Assembly (NCBI RefSeq): GCF_001194135.2
Contig: NC_068998.1
Span: 13,716,725 to 13,780,724, forward strand
Direction of reading: 5' to 3'
Length of the DNA stretch: 64,000 nucleotides
From: Octopus bimaculoides
Taxonomy: Eukaryota
Part shown: positions 24,151-37,562 of the stretch, one piece after another
Layout: every line of letters starts with the position of its first letter
Numbering within the stretch: the first letter of the stretch is position 1
Notes under the pieces: model-generated
Told to the model about the DNA's origin: nothing
What the model saw: the letters and a program-made list of their open reading frames with translations, nothing else
Databases searched by the model: none
Program-made: the position numbers and the translations under genes

Positions 24151-25924
24151 AGTACCTTTGTAGAGAAGAAGAGTTACTCTATTAACATGTAAAATTTAAA
24201 CAACCCAATGAAAAAAATCTTCCCACTTGGCATTACTTCCAGTATAATCGTCATGCATGCACGCACGCGCACGTGTGTGAAGTTGTCATTTTTGTTGTTT
24301 TTTTTTGCTTTCAATCAGTAATTTCGACTTCGTTTACGTTCAGATTCCCTTGTGAATTGTTTTTCTTTTGCATAACAGCCTATGAATCGACTAGTCCCCT
24401 CCACCAAAATTTCAGGCCTTGTACCTTCAGTAGAAAGGATTATCATTATTATTATTATTATTATGTATGATCAATAGTTGGATTTTTTTGTTTTGGTTTT
24501 TATTTACAGTTTTGTGCTGTTGGTTTAAGCTAAAACACACACGTACCCACACACACGTATACACACACACACACACACATTAAATAACTGTTATACTCAA
24601 AACACAGTTTCTTCTTGTGAGTCACAATTTACGTAAAACGGTAAGGAAATCATATTTTACAAATTTGCCAGACATGTTTTCTTAGCTGAGATCAAGTCTA
24701 TCAGAAAATTCTCTGAATAGTCTTTGTTTTCCTTTAAGTTTACGTTTTTTATAATTCTTTACTTTTCTTCGAGGTATTTTCATTTTATTTTGGTTAAGCT
24801 AAACGTTTATTGAATGTAATTCAAATTAAAATACTATTTTTTATTTCTAATTTTAAGATCTTACTTTCACTTTTTTCTTCCTCTATATAAGGTTTGTCAA
24901 TTAGTAATTATTCAAAAATATTATTACAAAATATTAATGTTTTGAAACCGAAGATATTGTCGAAAAGAAATTACGATGTTGCACTTATTCTGAAACTCCA
25001 CCTTGAGTAAAATATTGTTAAAGTGCCACCCCAGCAAATTTTGGAGCCCACTCGCTAGCATCAAAAACCTGGTCATGGGCCTTCTTGTAACACCAGTATG
25101 TGACACTGAATACATAGTGACACGTTTAGCACGAGTTCTTAGTTTTCTTAGTTATCATCTAAATTGAGCAACGGAGCGACCCCACTAGGTATAGTTTATC
25201 CTAATTAAAATCTTACGATATTATAGTGGGCGATATACTTTTTTATAATAGTTAACCACTATGCCAAGTCTATATATGCTCAGCCTGCTTTTAAGGAACA
25301 CTAAATATCTTCAATTAAATTGTATACACGAATTTTTGTGCCATACAAATATCTTGCGTAAGAAATGAACAAAATATTTTATTTAAATTTCGATTTAAAC
25401 AGCTAGAACAAAGCCATTTCTACAAACTAGTAATCACAGTACAGTTTTGGAGTGAATAACTTAAGGAGCGTTTCCTTTATTTATTTATTTATTGTATTTT
25501 GTAGGGTTGAATCTGATCCCTGATTTGAAGACTTGAATAAAAGTATTCTCTATATGCTTTGATCTTATTCACTCATCATTATCGAGGCTTATCCATCTGT
25601 GGTTAAGGAACTTTTCTTTGTTTTTATAAAGGTTAAGACCCTCGAGAGTTGACAATCGTTTAACTACAGTACTTAACTGGATGCCAAAATTCAAACTCAA
25701 GGTTGAAGCGATTTGATGAAATTTCTAAATATCAAAAGCTATCAAACTACTTTATAAAATCTAACTTGCTGATATCTAAAGCCGAAAAAAAGTTAACCAA
25801 ACACCAGCGGGGCTAGTAATAGTGCACAAACCATGTAAGCCCTTTTTAGCAATTTTAACACACTTATCACCGAAGTTAACATGAAAGTTCTGAGGAAGAA
25901 GAAGAGACATCAGAAAGAAACAAA

Positions 25925-26058
25925 TTTGGTGTGTTTACGTCCCCGTAACTTAGCGGTTCGGAAAAAGAGACCTATAGAAATAAGTACTAGTCGATTTGCT
26001 CGATTAAAGGCGGTGCTCCAGCATGGCCACAGTCAAATGACTGAAACAAGTAAAAGAG
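25925..26058 (+). mobile_element. SINE A 3' part
   Basis: ggtgtgtttacgtccccgtaacttagcggttcgg...gactgaaacaagtaaaagag. Confidence 0.9.
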
Positions 26059-27114
26059 TATCTATGTATCTCGAATCTAGAACGGTACGCAATGAACAAA
26101 ACAGATGTTGCTCAAATAAGTATCCTGTAGAAAAACAAGAAGAATGAAATGGCCGGACTGCGTTGGGATCCTGATTAGTTTACTCAATGTGCAAAAGCCA
26201 TATATACTCCTCTGTTTGCAAGCTCTTTTCTACATACCAAGCATTATTCACAAGTGAGGCTTGTTGACTGGACAAGCGTACTTAGAACTATGGAAAATCA
26301 TGAGGACAGCATAGAACATAATAGGACAGTATTGTGCAAGATAACAAGAAAAACAAATAGAAACACTGTGGATCAGAAACGTGAAGAACAATCGAAAAGA
26401 AATTTACGGTACTATTTTGAAGTACTGAAAAAACTTGTAACTGGAATAAAGGTTTTAAGTAAAAGGAGTTAGACATTTAGAAGTCACAAGAAGAGAAGAA
26501 ATAAGGAAAACTTCGTGGGGACTATTGAACTGATTTCAGGGTTCTACCCATTACTTTTTTTGCATAAGAAGCTAGAGAAATGTAACAATAAAAAAGTAAA
26601 TACTACTTATTTTGCGAAAACCATGTATAAAAAATAAATAGAAATCATTGGAAAACATGAGCAAGGTGAAATTGTAAATTGAATTAGCAACAAGACATCC
26701 ATTAAGGATCACTATTATCCCTTTTAAAAAACAAATTATATTCTATCGTGATTGAAGAGTGCTTAAATTCAATATTCCTATTGCTTCTAGAAAATGGTAT
26801 TACAACGAAGCTTCGAATGACAAAATTGTGTATGAATATGTTGTTAGAAAGACGAAATATTGTATTTTGTAAATTGTGGTTCATGTAGAATGCATTCCAA
26901 AACCTGTTTGAAACTAAATATTATATAAATTAAATATTATGTTTTATTTCAGGCATGCTTATAAATAATCACTAATTTTCATTCCCACATAACTTGAAAA
27001 CTATACGTTATAGAATTTCTATTCACACCAGTGATATTGAGATATGGAGTAACCAATTACAGCAATTGAAAATTAAAATCTAAGACGCACTGATTAAATT
27101 CTATTTTCTATCAT

Positions 27115-27549
27115 TGTTGACTCTACACCTAACCTCATACATGTTGACTAACTAGTGATTGTGATTCGATACTGTTATAATAACATAAAACCCTTGCGTT
27201 TACCAATGTAAAACCATTCATCCATAACTTAGTTCAACAAAATACAAATCCTAAGTTAACCCTTTACTTGAAAATATTTGTAATTAACCCTACGATAACT
27301 GATCTACCGTGAAAGGCTCAGAGATAGGGACCGGGGCCTAGAGCCTAAGATATAAACGAAGAATTCTCTGTAGGCAAAGGTCATGAGCACGCATTGATCA
27401 CGTCCCTGTCCTTTGTAAACATCACCCGTCCCTACTACTGATTAAACAGTCCGGGGAGAACCTTGGATGTGGCCGTCGTCGGTGCATTCTCTGATGGTCC
27501 GCAGAAGAGTAGCGAACCCGATTGTATAGAAGAAGAAAAAGTCGTAACA
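27115..27549 (+). mobile_element. putative solo LTR
   Basis: Starts TGTTGACT and ends AGTCGTAACA (imperfect terminal inverted repeat), with internal TATAAA and ATTAAA; interrupts the hAT remnants. No TSD found. Confidence 0.35.
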
Positions 27550-28514
27550 AACTTTAAAAATATTAATAAGCAGTCTTTAAAAAATATTAACAGTTTTGTA
27601 GACTAGGAACCATGTACAGCTCATTCTTTTCACTTTGTTGGAGAAAAGACAATGTCTGCTGTACCTGGAGTTGTTGAATATTTTGATATTTTGCAGGTGC
27701 TGTATATTTTTTTTTTCTAGATCTCTACGAAGATAGGGAATTTTAAACAGAAAGAGCAGAAAGGCTTAAGTGTAACTAGAAGTTCTGCACACTACGAAGC
27801 AGTCTGAGCAATTACAAACGGTTACATGGTTATATTAAAGATTAGCAAATATATTTTTAAAACGAAGCAGAGAAGCTTCAATTTAAATGAGATACAAAGA
27901 ATTTATACCACAAATTGGTTACAGTTGGAATATATTGTTTCAGCAGTCGTTTGGGACAAGTCTTGGAGCGTTTCAACGAAGCAAGAAACTCAAAATATTT
28001 AAACTTTTGTTTGTTAAGAACAACGAGAAAATTCAGATAAAATGATTGCATACTATCAACCAGAAGCAAAAGTTTTGTGTGAAGATATCACCTCAAGTTA
28101 TTCTGGTGCTTCCGAACGCATTGTTACAAAGAAATTTTCAGATAGAACAAGTGGTAATGCTCCTTTGAGAGAAACTAAGAATTTTAGAATAGAAGTTCTC
28201 AATCAATTCATTGATTGACTCATAATCCAATTACGTAAGAGCATTGAGATAAATGAGCTGATTGCGGATAGGTTCAAGTTACTCTAAGAATTAATTAAAA
28301 AATTCTGAAACTGATGAAGACAATATTAAACTTGTAATATCATATCACAAAAATGATATTTACCACAAATTGGTACACGAGTGTAAACAATTTAGAGAAT
28401 ATTTGTACCCAAGGAAATCCCAGAACACAGAATAAAATGCGCCGTCCAAAATGAAACACAGATATTCCTCAGTTTATTTGTGAGAACCGCCTCACTGAAG
28501 TGATCTTTAATACT

Positions 28515-28900
28515 GATTTCAAATTTTGGCACAAGGCCAGCAATTTCGAGGGCGGGGACAAGTCGATTACATCGACCCCAGCGTATAAACTGATACCTAT
28601 TTTATCGACCCCGAAAGGATGAAAGGCAAAGTCAACCTAGACGGAATTTGAACTCATAACGTAAAGACGGACGAAATGCCGCTAAGCATTTCGTCCGTCT
28701 ATTCTTTTCTACTCTAGGCACAAGGCCCGAATTGTTGGTGGAAGGAGGCAGTCGATTAGACCTTCCCCAGTACGCAACTGGTACTTAATTTATCGACCCC
28801 GAAAGGATGAAAGGCAAAGTCGGCCTCGGTGGAATTTGAATTCAGAACGTTAAGACAGACGAAACACCGTTAGCGTGCTAACGTTTCTGCCAGCTCGCCG
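28515..28900 (-). mobile_element. two tandem SINE B copies inserted in the hAT remnant
   Basis: Two copies of atcgaccccgaaaggatgaaaggcaaagtc; CpGs largely intact. Confidence 0.9.
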
Positions 28901-30364
28901 GTAGTGATCCTTTACATTACTATTGTATATAAGCCGTATTTGACAGTGCCTTTTATGAGCTGTGAAGGGGAAAGAATTTCTCAAACCTATCCTTTTCAGA
29001 GAACAAATTATATTCTATCGTGATTGAAGAGTGCTTAAATTCAATATTCCTATTGCCTCTAGAAAATGGTATTACAACGAAGCTTCGAATGACAAAATTG
29101 TGTATGAATATGTTGTTATAAAGACAAAATATTGTATTTTGTAAATTGTGGTTCATGTATGCTGCATTCCAAAACCTGTTTGAAATTAAATATTATATTA
29201 ATTAAATATTATGTTTTATTTCAAGCATGCTTATAAATAATCACTAATTTTCATTCTCACATAACTTGAAAACTATAAGTTATAGAATTTCTATTCACAC
29301 CAGCGATATTGAGATATGAAGTAACCAAGTACAGCAATTACAGCAATTGAAAATTAAAATCTAAGACGCACTGATTAAATTCTATTTTCATATTTTGTAG
29401 TAATCTGTCAGGGAACAAGGAATTGCGGACGATAACAGCGGTTACCGAGAAATCATTGCTGATAGAAAGAAGCTCGCTGCAAGAATACATTTTTTAAAGA
29501 CTTCTCCCTATCGCACCTTCCTCCACTCTTTTGGATAACATAGCCTTTCAGACTTTATTGGATGTTGCGTTATTGTTGCTGGTTGCGAAGGGACCCCCAT
29601 AACAGTTCAATCTTCAGAGCCCCAAAAATGTCAGCGATGCGTGTGTATGTATGTGTGTATGGGTGCGCGCGCGTGCGTATGTGTGTTTGAGACACACATG
29701 TGTGTCTCACATGTGTTGTGCGTAACATGTAAACATCTCGTTTGCATACAAACAAAAACACAACAGAAACGTCCGTATGTTTATGGGGGCCATGTAGCTA
29801 CATACAGCTTCTCATAGTAGAGACTTGTGAATTCTAAAAGCTTAATAAAACCGTGTTGGGGAGAAAAGAGGAAACTTCGACTTGATGCAGAGCAGGTTAA
29901 TTTATTAGAGTCAATTCAATCCTTCTCAAATATTTCATTTATTTTTTATTTATCATTATTATTTTCTTTTTTTGTACATAGTTCTCTTAGTTACATTTAC
30001 GTTACATTTGCATGACATGCAAATTCACACTGCATACAATCATGCATAACATGCAAAACAAGCACAGCATATAAATATGCATTACATTGTGCATATTACA
30101 TATATTACAGTGTAACATATATATAATGCATGCATCACATTAATTATATAAGTTCTATGCAGCACCTACCTACATTACAGTATATATATTCCATTATGTC
30201 CATTACATTGCATACATACATTACACCGCGCGCGCGCGTTTAATTCTAGTTTTTAAATTTTGTTCCATGTAACTACATCATGGAGGCCAGAGTTCCCAAA
30301 CACCAGACCGCTCAAAAAAAAAAAAATTATATTTTACTTCTGTTTTATTGACAGTCAATTTCTT

Positions 30365-31030
30365 TATTAGCCATGAGGTAGAGAAAAAGAGGGGACGATA
30401 CGAGGACAGACAAAACAAACATTGGGGTCAGGGGATCGAATGAGACGAAACGCATGAATAAACAAACAATTAAAATATATACAATTAAATGAGAATGAGT
30501 AATTTACACAAAATGAAGCGGAGGACGCGGTCGACCCCACAAACCACATATTCACACTGAAAACTTTGCTTTGTCCTTTTATTGGTTCTCGTTTTAGGTC
30601 GGTTTTTTCAATCGCAACATACTTGCTACAGACTTCCATCTTTTACGAAACACACTTTGCGACAGACATTTCCTCTCCAGCTTTATTTTTCGTTTCATGT
30701 GGAAAACGAAAAAGTCGATTATCTCGAGACTGGAGATGAACATGCCTGTTGCAATTCCTTTCACTCTCGTTTTCCATACTACCTCTTTCGCAACAGCAAC
30801 TTCCGAGAGAAAACAGGCTCGCTCCTCTCTATTCAGGGAGGGCGGCGGAACGATCTTAATTACAGATTCGCTCGACAGTTGTACTCTTCTCGAATGCGCC
30901 AGCAGGTGTTCGACATAAGACCAGAGTTCAGTCACCTTGGGACATTGCACAATCACGTGCAGGACACTTTCACTGTCCTGCTCGCATCTTGCACAAACCG
31001 GCGAAGGCGCCTATCGTTGAAAGGATTATA
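30365..31030 (-). mobile_element. 5'-truncated L1/Tx1-type LINE 3' end (ORF2 C-terminus, CCHC zinc finger)
   Basis: CARCEQDSESVLHVIVQCPKV...VAKEVVWKTR...KRKIKLERKCLSQSVFRKRW*, then a 3'UTR and AATAAA. Confidence 0.85.
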
Positions 31031-31307
31031 TATGTATTATTCACGTAATAATTAAATCATAAATTATGTACTTTATTGTGTCATGTGCATGATCCCCCGG
31101 TCCATGAAACCGGTCAGTGATGCGGGAAAAGATTGGGGATCGTTGATATACAATACATGAACATGCCTATAACCCGAACATAAATCGTGGGAGTTGGACG
31201 GTGGAGGAGTAATTTTGGACCTACTTTCGCATTTGGATTAAACCATTTATCAGCTCTACATGATCCGATGGACAACTACCTTAAGACCTACAACTTTTCT
31301 CCCCACA

Positions 31308-32155
31308 TTCTCTTTTACTTGTTTCAGTCATTTGACTGCGGCCATGCTGGAGCACCGCCTTTAGTCGAGGAAATCGACCCCAGGACTTATTCTTTGTAGG
31401 CCTAGTACATATTCTATCGTTCTCTTTTTGCCGAACCGCTAAGTTACGGGGACGTAAACACACCAGCATCGGTTGTCAAGCGATGATGGGGGGACAAATA
31501 CAGACACACAAACACACATACATATATACGACAGGCTTCTTTCAGTTTCCGTCTACCAAATCCACTCACAAGGCTTTGGTCGGCCCGAAGCTATAGTAGA
31601 AGACACTTGCCCAAAGTGCCACGCAGTGGGACTGAAACATTATATATTTTTACGGTATATCCCGGAATTTAAACTCTGGAACATACTGTAAATAATTTCC
31701 TTATCTAATTGTTATTGGAAAAGCGAAATTTTACAAAAGTTTACTTATCTAATATCCTACAAGTACAGGCACCGCTTCTATTGTTCTATTGAATAAAGGC
31801 AAAATGAAAACAAAAACACGTATACATACACATACTTTGGAAGGTTGCAGTCGAACAAATCGACTTCAGTTCTTAATTTTTAAGTCTGGCTGGCACCCAT
31901 TTCATCGGCTCTCTTTTGACAAATAGCTAAGTTACGGGCACGTAAACAAGCCGACACTTGTCACACGGTGAGCAAGGGACAATCACAGACATATACACAC
32001 ATACACACGCGCACATATACATATATGACGGGCTTTTTCAGTTAGGAACTATAACAGAAGTATGTATAACATACAGAAGGCACTTGACTAGGGCGCCGCG
32101 CAATAGGACTGAACCCGAAACTATGAGGTCGCAAATCGAGCTCCTCAATCATGCA
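31308..32155 (-). mobile_element. SINE A (31308-31635) and a degenerate SINE A (31840-32155)
   Basis: Both match the family A consensus. Confidence 0.85.
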
Positions 32156-32354
32156 TACGTACACATATGTAAGTCAAAACATAGATATACACACATACAG
32201 ACGAAGAATTAAAGTAACAAGGAAGAAATCAGGTAAATTGTTCATTTTTGGCGATTCGGCCGTTCGATATTATTGATTGAATTAGTGTGTAAAGAGACTG
32301 AATATACCTTAGACATGTGATCTTTGAATGTAAATCCTCAGAGAGAACTGTGAA

Positions 32355-32669
32355 GGATCTGTTCAGTTTGGCTCACAGATTTTATAATTAATTTTTTTTT
32401 AAGTAAACAGTTTGTTAGTTCGTATACTGGTGTAATTTCTCAAGCAGAACACGGTTTACTTTGGACATTTTTGACAAAATTTCGTATTTTAGAAGTTTAT
32501 TTCGTGTTAATGATGTCGTATTTGGGTAATTTCAACCAATCAACGACGTGTCAAAAATGTTGAAAGTAAACCGTGTTCTGCGTGAGAAATTATACCAGTA
32601 TACGAAGTTTCAAACTGTTTAGTTAAACAAAATTAATCGAAAAATCTGCGTGCCAAACTGAACAGATCC
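32355..32669. mobile_element. fold-back MITE with ~120-bp terminal inverted repeats
   Basis: ggatctgttcagtttggc...gaacacggtttacttt / aaagtaaaccgtgttctgc...gccaaactgaacagatcc. Confidence 0.85.
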
Positions 32670-33039
32670 CCGGTGAATGCGACACAGTGGGTGACAAGGT
32701 TGAATAGATGTGTTGCAGGTACAATCCATCCGATGGGATTCCTCACAATTTCCGTCTAAATAATTCAGCTTACAAAATTCTTAGGTTAGCCCCGTGGCAT
32801 CGTAAAAGACATTTTCCCCGCGCAGTGGGATTGAAAATTGAAACCTCATGATTTCGAAATGAATTTTGTTTATCAATTCAGTCATGCTGCATCCGCATCA
32901 CTTATTTACACGATTAGGAAATATACGTTTTACTCGTTAATGACTTGTATAAAATGTTATCTCTGTAGTTACACAATAAAGAGGGGGGGAAAGCATTGCA
33001 GAATATTAAATACACATTAAAAACATACTTCGTATACAA

Positions 33040-33085
33040 ATGTACAAGAAAACACAGAGGCACACACACACACACACACAGAGAG

Positions 33086-33118
<33 letters not shown>

Positions 33119-33390
33119 AAAGCACACAGAGGCACACACACACACACACACACACAGAGGCACACACACACACACACACACAAAAGCGCACACAGGAACA
33201 CACACAGGCACGCACACACGCACACGCAGGCACACACACACATATACAGAGGTACATACACACATAGGTACTCATACACACAGAGGGACACACACACAGA
33301 GGCACGCTCACACACGTACGCACATACCTACACAGGTACACACACACACACACACACACACATACCAGAGGCACACACATGTACACGCAT
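33040..33390. repeat. gaggcac(ac)n compound minisatellite
   Basis: Visible. Confidence 0.9.
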
Positions 33391-34284
33391 ACACCTACTC
33401 TTGTATAAATTTAGGAAAACGTGTCTCTCCTCTCTTTTCTCATACACTCATTCGTTCATTCATTCATTCGTTCATTCATTCATACGAAAGGAAGGAAAAG
33501 CAGAGNNNNNNNNNNNNNNNNNNNNNNNNNNNNNNNNNNNNNNNNNNNNNNNNNNNNNNNNNNNNNNNNNNNNNNNNNNNNNNNNNNNNNNNNNNNNNNN
33601 NNNNNNNNNNNNNNNNNNNNNNNNNNNNNNNNNNNNNNNNNNNNNNNNNNNNNNNNNNNNNNNNNNNNNNNNNNNNNNNNNNNNNNNNNNNNNNNNNNNN
33701 NNNNNNNNNNNNNNNNNNNNNNNNNNNNNNNNNNNNNNNNNNNNNNNNNNNNNNNNNNNNNNNNNNNNNNNNNNNNNNNNNNNNNNNNNNNNNNNNNNNN
33801 NNNNNNNNNNNNNNNNNNNNNNNNNNNNNNNNNNNNNNNNNNNNNNNNNNNNNNNNNNNNNNNNNNNNNNNNNNNNNNNNNNNNNNNNNNNNNNNNNNNN
33901 NNNNNNNNNNNNNNNNNNNNNNNNNNNNNNNNNNNNNNNNNNNNNNNNNNNNNNNNNNNNNNNNNNNNNNNNNNNNNNNNNNNNNNNNNNNNNNNNNNNN
34001 NNNNNNNNNNNNNNNNNNNTGTGTGTGTATATATATATATATATATATGATAGCCAGATAGATAAATATACAGACAGACAGATACATACATACATACATA
34101 CATACATACATACATACATACATAAACACACACTCACACGCGTTATATAGGTATGCACCCACACGTTGCTGCAGACATGTGATTAACTACACTGGTGTGT
34201 GTAACCATCACACGTTACCAAGAACAACACTAAGAAGAATCACACCAACTCCAGCCCTACCATTACCAACAAACAACGACGTGT

Positions 34285-34850
34285 CTAGGTGGTCATCTGA
34301 TCTGTTAGAAATAGCAGCAAAATCTTCCTTTAAGCTCATACTTTGGCTGTCTTATTGAAAAGGATACAGTTGATAACCTGGTCCTAAATAAATTGCCTGA
34401 ACGAAAAGGCGAGGTGGCCACGTCTGAAATGTCTTTACTCAGTGACCTGCTTATTCGGGGAATACATTGGACTAACCTGCAATACGATCTCCACCGCCAC
34501 CGTCACCACTACGACTATCATCGGCAATCAACAAAGTGAAACTCTACGCTGTCGCTTTAACCATGTAGAAATAATAGTCAAAATCTTCTTCACATGGGAC
34601 CCCTACTAGCTTACTAAAAAAGAGCATTTACATAAAAGTCCTTGGTACAGTGCCCGAATTAAAGACGAGATGGTTACGGTTGGAATGCCTTTGCTCAAAG
34701 GTCTGCTAATTCACATGTCACCTCGTCTTTCACATCAGCACAATTATTATCCTCCTCATCATCATCATCAAAAGCAACAACCAGCGAGTAAGCATCTACA
34801 TGGTCAATCGTCTTGTTAGAAATAGCAGTCAAATATCTCTCAATACTTAT
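34285..34850 (+). repeat. cluster of dispersed repeat E fragments (tagaaatagcagcc(a)aatct... family)
   Basis: Three copies here. Related copies lie near 6985, 15600, 41700, 49630, 53750, 55190 and 60355. Confidence 0.7.
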
Positions 34851-35030
34851 GAAAAATGCGATGAATAACAGGTATTTCTTATTTGCATATAAGTACCTTA
34901 ATTAATACGTACCGACAGCAGCTATAAATCATATACAATTGAGTATAGTCATACCTGCTACTCATTGTGTTTTGTGTAATTTATTGCTTTTAAGTTATTG
35001 TCAATCTTTGCAGAATAGATAAAGGCAAAT

Positions 35031-35072
35031 ATTCCTGATGAGTCGGTAAACACCATGCGAAACTAGTCGAGT
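35031..35072 (+). ncRNA. minimal type I hammerhead ribozyme motif, core intact
   Basis: ATTC-CTGATGA-GTCGGTAAACACCATGC-GAAAC-TA-GTC-GAGT. Helix III is the palindrome ACTAGT, the cleavage triplet is GUC, and helices I and II are weak. Confidence 0.65.
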
Positions 35073-35836
35073 TGTTCTTCAGTTTGTGTAGCAGAGAAAG
35101 AGAGTAAGAGAGAGAGAGGGGGGGGTCCCTGTCTTTTAACCAGGGTCTGTTTGCATAATGAAGTTTATTACAAGTACTCACTTATAAAATTATTTACAAT
35201 GTGTGTTAGGGTTATGAAATTATGAAGTTATAAACTACAAGCATTTACGTATGAAAGGAATCAATACACCCACAACACACACACACACACGCCCCTCCCC
35301 CACAACACACACACATGTATAGAAACTTACACGTGTTTGTGCACATGCAAGTGTGTAGGCGAATACAAAACTTCCATATAAAACCACTCCGGGTTATTAA
35401 AATGATCCAATCATCAGAAAGACAAGTACATGATGCACACGCACATACACATGCACACACATACACATGCACACACATACACGAGAGAGAGAGAGAGAGA
35501 AAGAGAAAGAGAAAGAAAGAGATGTACGCACATACACATATCAAAATTCCGACACAACTTCATACTGGAACACTAACAGTATACATCTCAAAGTTCGTTT
35601 TTGTATTTGGTTTGCAAAATTCTTAATGTGAACTCGTGTGTTTATTATTGACATAATGACACTCCCCAGATGTAACAGAACACTCTTCAATGTTTTTAAA
35701 GTTACACACACATTTACGTACCAATAATTCTGGAAGTATTCCTATTTTTATTACTTGCTTGAACAGAATATTTCCAGCATTCCAGTTTATCCGTAAATCA
35801 GACGAGATAGACCCTTTTACAACGGAGGTGATCTAT

Positions 35837-36222
35837 TGTTGTTGGCACTCCGTCGCTTACGACGTCGAGGATTCCAGTTGATCCGATCAACGGAACAGCC
35901 TGCTCGTGAAATTAACGTGCAAGTGGCTGAGCACTCCACAGACACGTGTACCCTTAACATAGTTCTCGGGGGATATTCAACGTGACACAGTGCGACAAGG
36001 CTGACCCTTTGAATTACAGGTACAACAGAAGCAGGAAGAAAGAGTGAGAGAAAGTTGTGGTGAAAGAGTACAGCAGGGTTCGCCACCATCCCCTGCCGGC
36101 GCCTCGTAGAGCTTTAGGTGTTTTCGCTCAATAAACACTCACAACGCCCGGTCTGGGAATCGAAACCGCGATCCTATGACCGCGAGTCCGCTGCACTAAC
36201 CACTGGGCCGTTGCGCCTCCAC
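35837..36222 (-). mobile_element. tRNA-derived SINE family D, full length
   Basis: Head ggcgcaacggcccagtggttagtgcagcggactcgcggtc...ggtttcgattcccagacc; tail ...gacggagtgccaacaaca. A decayed tail copy lies at 14113-14285 (+). Confidence 0.9.
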
Positions 36223-36849
36223 AAACTCACTTTATAACCAAAACAATTTACACTAATACACGTGCATGTACCTTCCCTAGATATTATATTCAGCTTCACA
36301 CTCTTTGCTGCTATTACTACCTGGTAAATAATTTCTCCAACTCTACCAACCAATTATCATCACAAAACATTCGTACATGAATGAAGGAGGCAAATGCAGT
36401 TGGACAAATTTCAAAAGAGTACAACGAGGAAACCGTGTCAATGTTTTCAGAATTGAACAGCAGCAAAATCAGCAATGAAGAGATACTGCAATGCATAAAT
36501 TCAACGAAATAAATTTGACACTTCCAAATGACACATCCCGCACGGCAACATTGCAATACATTTTCAGTTACAGGCCAAAAATAGTCAATCTCGTAAAAAC
36601 CAGAAATAACCGCAAGCAGCATATGACACTAAAATCGAACGAAACTTTGAAAGACAACTCACCATCAAGCAACTGACAAAAATTCACACATACACTCACA
36701 CATGAATATGTATATACATACATACGTATATACGTATATATTTACATTCATATATACATACACAGACAGACAGACAGACAGACAGACATACATGTCTTTT
36801 ATATTTTTCAGTAGAGGCTGGGGCATCGTCATTCAGTGTGTTTGGGTTT

Positions 36850-37562
36850 CTTTTCTGTACTCCTTTTGGTGGAGTAACGAATTGGACGGAGCTGTTCTTT
36901 GTGTCTCCTGCAGAGATGTAGGTTCATCTGGTATTTCAGATAAAAATTCGCCCAGGCTCTTTAAAGACCACTACATCTACACCTGGCAAATCTCTGAGGT
37001 TGTTTAGCAGAATGCTGAACAAATGTAGATCCTTGGAACCCGAACTGTTACAGTACTGGGTCCTTATAGAGACGGAGAAGACAGTATTTTTGGTATTATG
37101 CATTGCCGTTCTGTGGTTGATATAGCTTTCAATTTCTGGGAGCCAGACATTCCAGGATCTTCAATATGTATATCATTGCATATCTGTCACGCCTTCTTTC
37201 TAGAGTTTCAATTACTTTAGACTCTCTTTGAGTTCATCTGTTTCACCGAGTCAATTTTCTTTGTGTAATTGCGTTGGACTTCTGCAAGTTCCGGCAGCTG
37301 TTTGACGCTCTACAATGTTCACAGCTGCCAACAGGAATCGAGACGACTGAGAACAAAAGTTTTCCTTGAGAGTAGCATGGTACCCTTTTTCCTGGTTCTG
37401 AATGATATCAGAATCCAGCCAGCTATACGTCTGCACAGTGATACCATCCAGGTAATATGCACATGGAATGTCGCACCATTACTCATGTGGATTGCCAGGT
37501 CGCGTACCGTCTCTGACTCTGGGATTGCACCATCCCCTGGTCCTATGTATTCCAATTGTAGT
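36850..37562 (-). mobile_element. 5'-truncated CR1/L2-group LINE 3' end (RT C-terminus)
   Basis: ETVRDLAIHMS...RRIAGWILISFRTRKKGTMLL..TFVLSRLDSCWQL...ELAEVQRNYTKKI. Confidence 0.8.

Larger units (their letters stand above)
26145..29390 (+). pseudogene. hAT transposase remnants (ZMYM1/THAP-like) in two partially duplicated segments
   Basis: VLKKLVTGIKVLSKRS*TFRSH...NFVGTIELISGF (26.4 kb); VLERFNEASKKL (27.95 kb); dimerisation domain LTVPFMSCEGER/FSNLSFSENKLYSIVIEECLNSIFLL (28.95-29.1 kb). The 3' ~380 bp is duplicated at 26730-27107 and 29002-29389. Confidence 0.8.

Noticed and set aside
27487-27520. CTGATGG...CGAAC in the LTR-like segment
   Set aside because: Both core halves are mutated and helix II does not pair.
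35837-36222. tRNA-like sequences at SINE heads (also 45.9, 58.5, 63.3 and 63.9 kb)
   Set aside because: They continue into SINE bodies and lack a complete cloverleaf or acceptor stem, so they were not called tRNA genes.
36663-36672. 10-nt minus-strand AG/GTGAGT micro-exon, and a 15-nt one near 6200
   Set aside because: Such short matches are expected by chance in 128 kb of both-strand AT-rich sequence; there is no supporting context.
36317-36676. Coding-looking segment with 40-100 aa ORFs on both strands
   Set aside because: No recognisable motif, stops in all frames, no convincing splice pair.
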